Origin: Candidatus Micrarchaeia archaeon
GTDB taxonomy: Archaea; Micrarchaeota; Micrarchaeia; Micrarchaeales; CABMGC01
Reading direction: 5' to 3'
NCBI GenBank assembly: GCA_049976845.1
Contig: JBMFHL010000014.1
Coordinates: 1-16,678 of the forward strand
Length of the DNA: 16,678 nucleotides
The first letter of the stretch is position 1. Every line of letters begins with the position of its first letter. Below are positions 16,150-16,678 of this stretch, piece after piece. The notes below the pieces were generated by a model. It did no database searches. It worked only from the letters and a program-made list of their open reading frames with translations, and was not told the origin of the DNA. The translations under genes and the position numbers were made by a program.

Positions 16150-16678
16150 ACTAAGCCACTTAGTGGATGGCTTGGCTCTAGCGGCGATGAAAGTCGTGGC
16201 AAGCTGCGATAAGCCCGGGGTAGGCGCAAGTCAGCCTTTGAACCCGGGATTACCGAATTATGCGCCATGCATAATGGTGCATGCATACTCGGGGAATTGA
16301 AATATCTTAGTACCCGAAGGAAAAGAAAGCAAAAGCGATGCCGTTAGTAATGCGAATGAAAGCGGCGAAGGGCAAACTGAATCCGCTGCGCAAGCAGTTA
16401 GGAGATGTGGTGCAGCTTTTAGGCCAGATTAGCGAGCTGAATGCTTTGGAAAGAGCAACCAAAGAGAGTGACAGTCTCGTAAGTTAAGCTAGTTTGGCTG
16501 TGCTGTAATAGAGTAGCTCGGCCTGAGTACGTCGAGCGAAGATGGGGGCATTAAACTCCAACCCTAAATATTAGCTAGAGACCGATAGCGAACAAGTAGC
16601 GCGAGCGAAAGCTGAAAAGAACCCACACGCGTGGGGCTGAAAAGATCTGAAACTAGGTGGTTACAAGAAGATATGGCG
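16150..16678 (+). rRNA. rrl: 23S rRNA, 5' portion (domain I), archaeal; runs off the window
   Basis: GTGGATGGCTTGGCTC, GCAAGCTGCGATAAGC, GGGGAATTGAAATATCTTAGTACCC, GACCGATAGCGAACAAGTA, GAAAGCTGAAAAGAACC; helix 2 pairing of CCACTTAGT (16156-16164) with ACTAGGTGG (16652-16660). The 5' end is approximate. Confidence 0.97.

Noticed and set aside
15990..16150. tRNA, 5S rRNA or known ribozyme/riboswitch upstream of 23S
   Set aside because: No cloverleaf with a T-loop, no 5S signature and no catalytic core that I recognise; best explained as the rRNA leader. An Rfam scan would settle it.
16062..16286. 74-aa minus-strand ORF (…RLPRAYRSLPRLSSPLEPSHP…)
   Set aside because: Antisense to the conserved 23S rRNA 5' end; a typical spurious rRNA shadow ORF.

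Overview
Archaeal genomic window, AT-rich and gene-dense. The divergent, compact 23S rRNA with no 16S gene upstream suggests a DPANN lineage such as Micrarchaeota (inference, not tested). Left to right: the poly-Q tail of an upstream gene, thiI, alba, a CBS-pair protein, an adenosine-specific-kinase-family gene, nth, an endonuclease Q-like PHP nuclease, a membrane-anchored secreted S16 (Lon-like) protease, a HIT hydrolase, a UbiA/DGGGP-synthase-like prenyltransferase, agmatinase, a pyruvoyl AdoMetDC-fold decarboxylase, a surface protein, a four-gene glyco-tailoring block (GT2, radical SAM, NodU/TobZ-type carbamoyltransferase, GT-C membrane glycosyltransferase), and the 5' end of a 23S rRNA gene with a structured leader. 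The best candidate for an undescribed system is the four-gene block, which may install a carbamoylated, radical-modified sugar on the cell surface. Second is the decarboxylase, which looks like the crenarchaeal arginine decarboxylase rather than a true SpeD. All family calls come from reading motifs by eye; no searches were run.
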